Source of the DNA: Leptogorgia sarmentosa
Taxonomy: Eukaryota
Assembly (NCBI GenBank): GCA_964658305.1
Contig: OZ210885.1
Span: 4,216,001 to 4,280,000 of the forward strand
Length of the DNA stretch: 64,000 nt
Direction of reading: 5' to 3'
Both the position numbers and the translations under genes were made by a program. Each line of letters opens with the position of its first letter. Position 1 is the stretch's first letter. A model generated the notes under the pieces. The model searched no databases, had not been told where the DNA came from, and worked only from the letters and a program-made list of their open reading frames with translations. Shown one piece after another: positions 58,839-64,000 of this stretch.

Positions 58839-61070
58839 TTAAATTAGCGAGACAAAGATAGGCTTATGATCGCTAAAGTATGATTCTAAAACACCACTGT
58901 TTTCCACTCTCTCAGGTATATTGGTGTAAATGTGATCAATTCGTGATTTATAATCGGTTGTCACTTGGCTAATAAGTTGTACATATTTCTTTCCTTCTAT
59001 TAGGTATTTACAAAGTGTATGTTTGTCGGAAGCATTTTCATTTAGATTAACATTGAAGTCTCCAAGAATTATAACAGGAGTATTTGGATCATTTAAAAAA
59101 GTAGAGTGCAAGTGTTTTAAGGCATCTATGAACCTTGAGATTTTCACTTTTGATGCAGAGCAATAAATTGCTACAATATGCAAATTATTTACTGGTTGGT
59201 TAAGTAACGTGTTTCATTTCACATGTTGTGTGAAATCATTTCTGAATAATTGGAAGCCAGAAATTTTATATAATGCATTGTCATCATTGCTACACAGAGC
59301 AGATTCTACAAACATATTGATATCAGTCGCTTTCACATTGTAATCACTAGCAACATCAGCAAAATGAAGATGTAATGATCTCACATTCTGAAACAGTACC
59401 TTAAATGAACCACTTGTATCTTTATAAAGAAAGGGAATATTTGCTAACAGCAATTTTATTTTCATTTATGTTAAGAATATGCAGTCCCGAGATGCTTCGA
59501 AGTCTGCTACGTGCAACATAATGCATGTGTTCTCGTTTGCATGATGGAAGGTCAACAACTGCTTCATTCAATGTATCTCCCTGACAACGATGAATAGTTT
59601 TAGCTGCAGATGGTATCAAAGGAAATTGTCTGCGAAGAACTTGCATTTGGTGTCTTCTGAACTGCCTTGTCACCTCTAAAATTGGGACCCAATGTTTATC
59701 TATAGTTTGGTTGTAAAGATGAGAGTATTCTTTGCAATAACCTTTCCCAATGTATTCTTCTTGAAATAAAACCCAAATAATACTTGGTCTTGATGAGCCT
59801 GGTACTCGGTAATCAATTTTCTTAATAATACACTCAGCGCCATTAGTCATATCATCAACAACTGATACGTTTGTTGTAAAATCATATTTTGCTTCTTTAA
59901 GTACAGAACAAGTTGAATACAAGCCCATAGTTTTTGAAGGATCGTTTGGTATTTGTTTTTTAAGTCTTTCTTTCAACTCATCAGAAAGATCTCCAAGTAC
60001 AATATCAATTGCTTTTATCTAAACCTTCTCGTTTGTAGATTTTTGAAAAATATCGTGATTATGTTGATCAACTGCCATATTAGTCCTAAATAAGCGAGTT
60101 GAATTTATTGGATAATTAGGATGTTCCGGACTAAGCTTCAAAATTCTTTCTTTTAAAACTTCAATGTCAGCTTCAGTATGTTTTCCTTCTCGGATACGGT
60201 TTAATATTTCAGCAAAGTCTTTGTCTTCCCTTTGTCTCATTACTTCTGATAATTCAAACATTTGGAAACACTGTTGCCAGAGATTAGTTGCTAACACATT
60301 ATACCCATCTTTTGAGTTTTCAAATATCCAATGATCAAAAACTGGTTTAAGTTGAAACAAGTCCCCAACAGTTATTATACTAAGACCGCCAAAAGGTTCT
60401 TTTGTTCCCATAATTTGTTGCAACCGTGTCGAGAAAATTAAACATTCCACTGCCTACCATTGATATCTCGTCAATAAACACAACCTGCATTCGCTGTAAC
60501 TGACATCGTATTGTATTCAATCTGTCTCTATCAAGTGTGCAGTAATTGAAGCCTCTGTTTGCTGGAATCTTAAAGGCGGAATGAAGTGTATTTCCTCTTA
60601 TGTTGAATGCAGCTTTGCCTGTTGGCGCTACTTTAACAACACTAACATCATCGGGATTATTTTCCAGCTGAGCATTTAAGTATCTTATAAGAGCTTCATA
60701 TAAAGCATTTGTGACAGTACTTTTACCAACACCTGCACCTCCGCTTAAAAACAATCTTATTGGCAGCTTTTCAGTCTTAACAGAGTTCAGTACATGGTAA
60801 AAAAACTCTTTTTGTTCGATATTAAGTGATTGCACAAGTTTTCTAAAATCAGCATCTTTCAATCTTTTCACTAAAAGTTCCTCGTCATCATTTGTTCTTG
60901 GATATATACCAATATCATTTATCAAGTCATATTCAACATGTTGTTTATCTTTACCTGGATCAAAGCATCCAAATAGTTCACTAGCTTTTGAGCCAATTTC
61001 TTTATCTTGTTAATCTCGATACTGTGCATTGGGAGCAACTACAGCACTAGATTCCTCACTTTCTATATCA
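58839..61070 (-). mobile_element. Helitron/Helentron remnant: PIF1-like helicase plus AP-type endonuclease, frameshifted
   Basis: SGGAGVGKS, APTGKAA, IDEISMV, GDLFQLKPV, MRQ, QFPL..AAKTIHRCQG, then FQNVRSL, LGDFNVNL, IDHIY, SDHKPI. Confidence 0.9.
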
Positions 61071-61074
61071 AATC

Positions 61075-61703
61075 ATACTTCAGAAGAGCCAAAGAATCCC
61101 TTGGAATGGGGACTGAAACACAAATTGCTTGATTGATCTCTACCGCGCACTGCTTCAAGAGCACGAATGCTTTCCGAATTTGTCAAGAATAATTAAGATT
61201 GCTCTAACTATTCCTTTGACATCGGCATCGACCGAGAGATCATTTTCAAAGCTGAAGATAATCAAAAATCGCCTGAGGTCGACAATGACGCAAGATCGAC
61301 TTGACTCACTAATGCTCATGTCCGTAGAATCTGACATTTGTCAAAAACTTGACATCGGAGAGCTTGTTAAACGTTTTAGTGATGCAGCTCCTCGAAAATG
61401 GAACTTGTATTAATTTGTCGTCCAACAAATTTGAATCCTGTCTTGTGATTTGTTGGGATTTTGAGATTAATTGGGCTTTGCCTAAAATATTTCCTATATA
61501 GCCGATGACATATTTGATATTAGCAAATTACTGTAAGCCGTGTTTCTCACAGTAGCAAAATGTTCATTTTTCTGTGTCAGATGGACCATGGTACTTTACT
61601 GAGTTGGGGGGGGGGGGAGGGAGGGAGTTTCGGGACTCTATCATTGTGCGATTTATAAATTAAAAACTTGCCCCCCCAAAATAAAATCCTGGCGGCGCCA
61701 CTG
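61075..61703 (+). mobile_element. hAT 3' fragment (dimerisation domain and right terminus)
   Basis: FPNL...PLTSASTERSFSKLKIIKNRLRSTMTQDRL; ends CCTGGCGGCGCCACTG. Confidence 0.85.
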
Positions 61704-61719
61704 ATCAGAGTGTCTTTAG

Positions 61720-62910
61720 CATATGAATGTAAAAAAAAGTTGGTCCTTGATTAATAATCTACTTGGGAAAAACTCAAAATCAACCACTATCAATGAAATT
61801 AGGACTGATAGTAATGTAATTCTTACAGATAGAAACCTGATTGCAAACAACTTAAATGATTAATTTGTTAATATTGGTCCTTCGCTTGCACTTGGGGTGG
61901 AAGGAAATAATCAATCTTTAACCAGTCCCTACATATTGGCATATTTGTCAATTAATGGAAATTAGCATGTGTCAAACCGATTTATAAATGTGAGGATAGA
62001 ACCAAATGTGAGAATTACCGTCCAATTTCTATTCTCCCTGTTGTAAGTAAATCTTTGAAAAGGAAATTTTTCAGCAATTATATAGTTATTTATCTGCAAA
62101 CTCACTAATTTCAAAGTTTCAATCAGGATTTCGACCTAAACATTCACCTCTAACCTTACTTCTCCAGATGTGCGCTGAATGGTTAAAAAATATGGATGAG
62201 GGCAAAATAACTGGTGTGGTTTCTCTGGATATCAAAAAGGATTTGATTCAATTTACCATCAAATTTTAATGTCAAAAATGAAAGACCAGTTTGGTATTTG
62301 TGAAAATGAATTGAATTAGTTTACCTCTTACTTGACTGATTGTCAGCAAGTTTGTTGTGTAAATGACCATATGCCCTCTTGGAAATCCATAGAAAGCAGT
62401 GTGCCGCAGGGGTCGATTTGATGTTTTTATTATATATTAATTAATGACTTGCCACAATATTTTACTACTCGGGGATTATATGCTGATGATACGCAGATAT
62501 TTGCCTCGTCTGATGATTATGATGAACTGGTGGATCTATTAAATTTTGATTTGAAAAATATTAGTAAATGGCTTTCGGATAATAAACCGCAACACCATAA
62601 TACTGAAACTAAGCTAATGTTGATAGGCTCTCGTTACAATATCAAAAATAAAATAGGAGATAAATTAGTGATCTTTCGAATAAACCATTAAAACGGTACA
62701 GATCCTTTAAATGTTTAGGAATTGAGTTGGATGAACACCTTAGTTGGGAAGTTCACATTAATGCTATCTGTAAAAAGGTTGATGAAGGGATAGGAGTTTT
62801 AAAACGGACAAAACCATTCGTCGCCGAAGAAACCCTGCACACCATCTATAAGGCGTTAATTTTGCCATACTTTTATTGTTCACCTTTGTGGGACAATTGC
62901 GGAACTGCAG
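61720..62910 (+). mobile_element. Degenerate non-LTR (CR1/L2-like) RT
   Basis: NYRPISILPVVS, FQSGFRPKHS, VPQGS, YADDTQ, LDEHLSW, with many stops and frameshifts. Confidence 0.88.
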
Positions 62911-62963
62911 CTACATGTCCAAACCGGAAGAGGATCAAGACGGAAAAAGCAAACACCTAAAAC

Positions 62964-63813
62964 ATGAATTTTTTACATTCCAAGTTGCAAGAATGCACCA
63001 AGAGCGAACTTGATTTATTCTCGATACCGCAGACACAAACAAGTTTGGAAAAGGGGCAATGGATACATTCTCAACCTGTTTCCAGTGTATCCGCCAGCAA
63101 TCCTATTACCCTTCTCAGTGCAGGTACGAGAAGATTATGTGGACTTGTCAAAAACAATGTTGGTGTAAGGAGGAGCAAAAGTAAGGAGGACGATGCAGAT
63201 TACAAACTAAATTTGATCAAGGCTTATCTCCAGATAAGCAAAATAAAAGTGAGCCCCAGCATTTCCGTTGGTCATGAATTGGTGTTGAAATCGTTGCGTA
63301 GAATGCAAAAGATATATCATTCCTGCTGGAAATCCTTCCCTGAGAAAAGATAACATCTTTAGCGGGCTTGTACTGAAATCGTTTCTCTTTGGGCTGGTCG
63401 CAAGCAATGCGTATAACGGTTCCTACAAAAAGAATCCGTACAACTTTCAAAATTTCAGCATGTCGTTCGTGGGTATTACCGTAAATGGAAAGAAGATACC
63501 TTTTAAACCCATGCAGCTTTCCTATGCAACAGGAAGATACATCGAAGCATAGAACACATTTTCTGGTACAGGAAAATTGAATTACAACACTGGAAACAAT
63601 ATATCGCGAGAAGAGTTCCCCCATGGTTACGCCGGGTATGCCTCGCTTCACTTTAACGCTTCATTTTAACGTGGTACAACGCGGAAATTTGGCAGTTGAC
63701 ATCAAGTTCGCCGAACCGCTAGACGCTGCCGTGAGTCTCGTTTGTTACATGGAATTCGAAAATACCATTTTATTGATGCCGAGAGAAACGTCATTTATGA
63801 TTACTCTGGTTAA
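62964..63813 (+). pseudogene. Polinton/adintovirus major capsid-like gene remnant
   Basis: ECTKSELDLFSIPQTQTSLEKGQW N-terminus, AYNGSYKKNPYNFQNF, GNLAVDIKFAEPL...CYMEFEN; internal deletions and frameshifts. Family recognised from memory. Confidence 0.75.
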
Positions 63814-64000
63814 ATGAACATGGCTCAGATTACCTATGCGCTCCAAAAAGATCCTGCGACGAGCACAAAATTTTGCAGAGTGTTTCCTAGCGACAAGTTA
63901 CTGTTACCTCAAACACTGGACAAATATCCCTGCGGATTTGTGGCCAACACAGATCTGAGCAATAAACCGGGAACACATTGGGTAGTCTTTAACTTTCCAT
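63814..64000 (+). CDS. Polinton/adintovirus adenain-like cysteine protease, N-terminal part (runs off the window)
   Basis: MNMAQITYALQKD...VFPSDKL...FVANTDLSNKPGTHWVVF (NTDxxxxPGxHW motif); ATG abuts the capsid stop codon. Confidence 0.8.
   Translation, partial: MNMAQITYALQKDPATSTKFCRVFPSDKLLLPQTLDKYPCGFVANTDLSNKPGTHWVVFNFP

Overview
AT-rich, intron-containing animal genomic DNA. The repeat repertoire and GPCR type suggest a cnidarian such as an octocoral, but that is inference. Left to right: an intronless class A GPCR (1.7-2.7 kb); a foldback palindrome and Penelope-like remnants carrying hammerhead-ribozyme motifs (3.4-9.9 kb); a hand-spliced 31-exon, open 1076-aa DNMT1-family cytosine methyltransferase gene (11.5-36.5 kb, + strand); and a transposon graveyard (37.7-64 kb). 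The graveyard holds a four-level nest (Mutator/Kolobok-like > Copia > unclassified 10.8-kb TIR element encoding an NHL-repeat, transposase-like protein > intact hAT) plus Helentron, LINE and Polinton/adintovirus remnants. The main candidate novelty is the DNMT1 paralogue. It keeps both BAH domains and the catalytic motifs but lacks recognisable RFTS, CXXC and the (GK)n linker. Most residues that read hemimethyl-CpG are substituted, and its N-terminus is built from duplicated exons with five PxVxL-like (HP1-box-like) motifs. This suggests an HP1-guided, non-maintenance methyltransferase analogous to Neurospora DIM-2. Exon models and reference alignments were done by eye or from memory and need confirmation.
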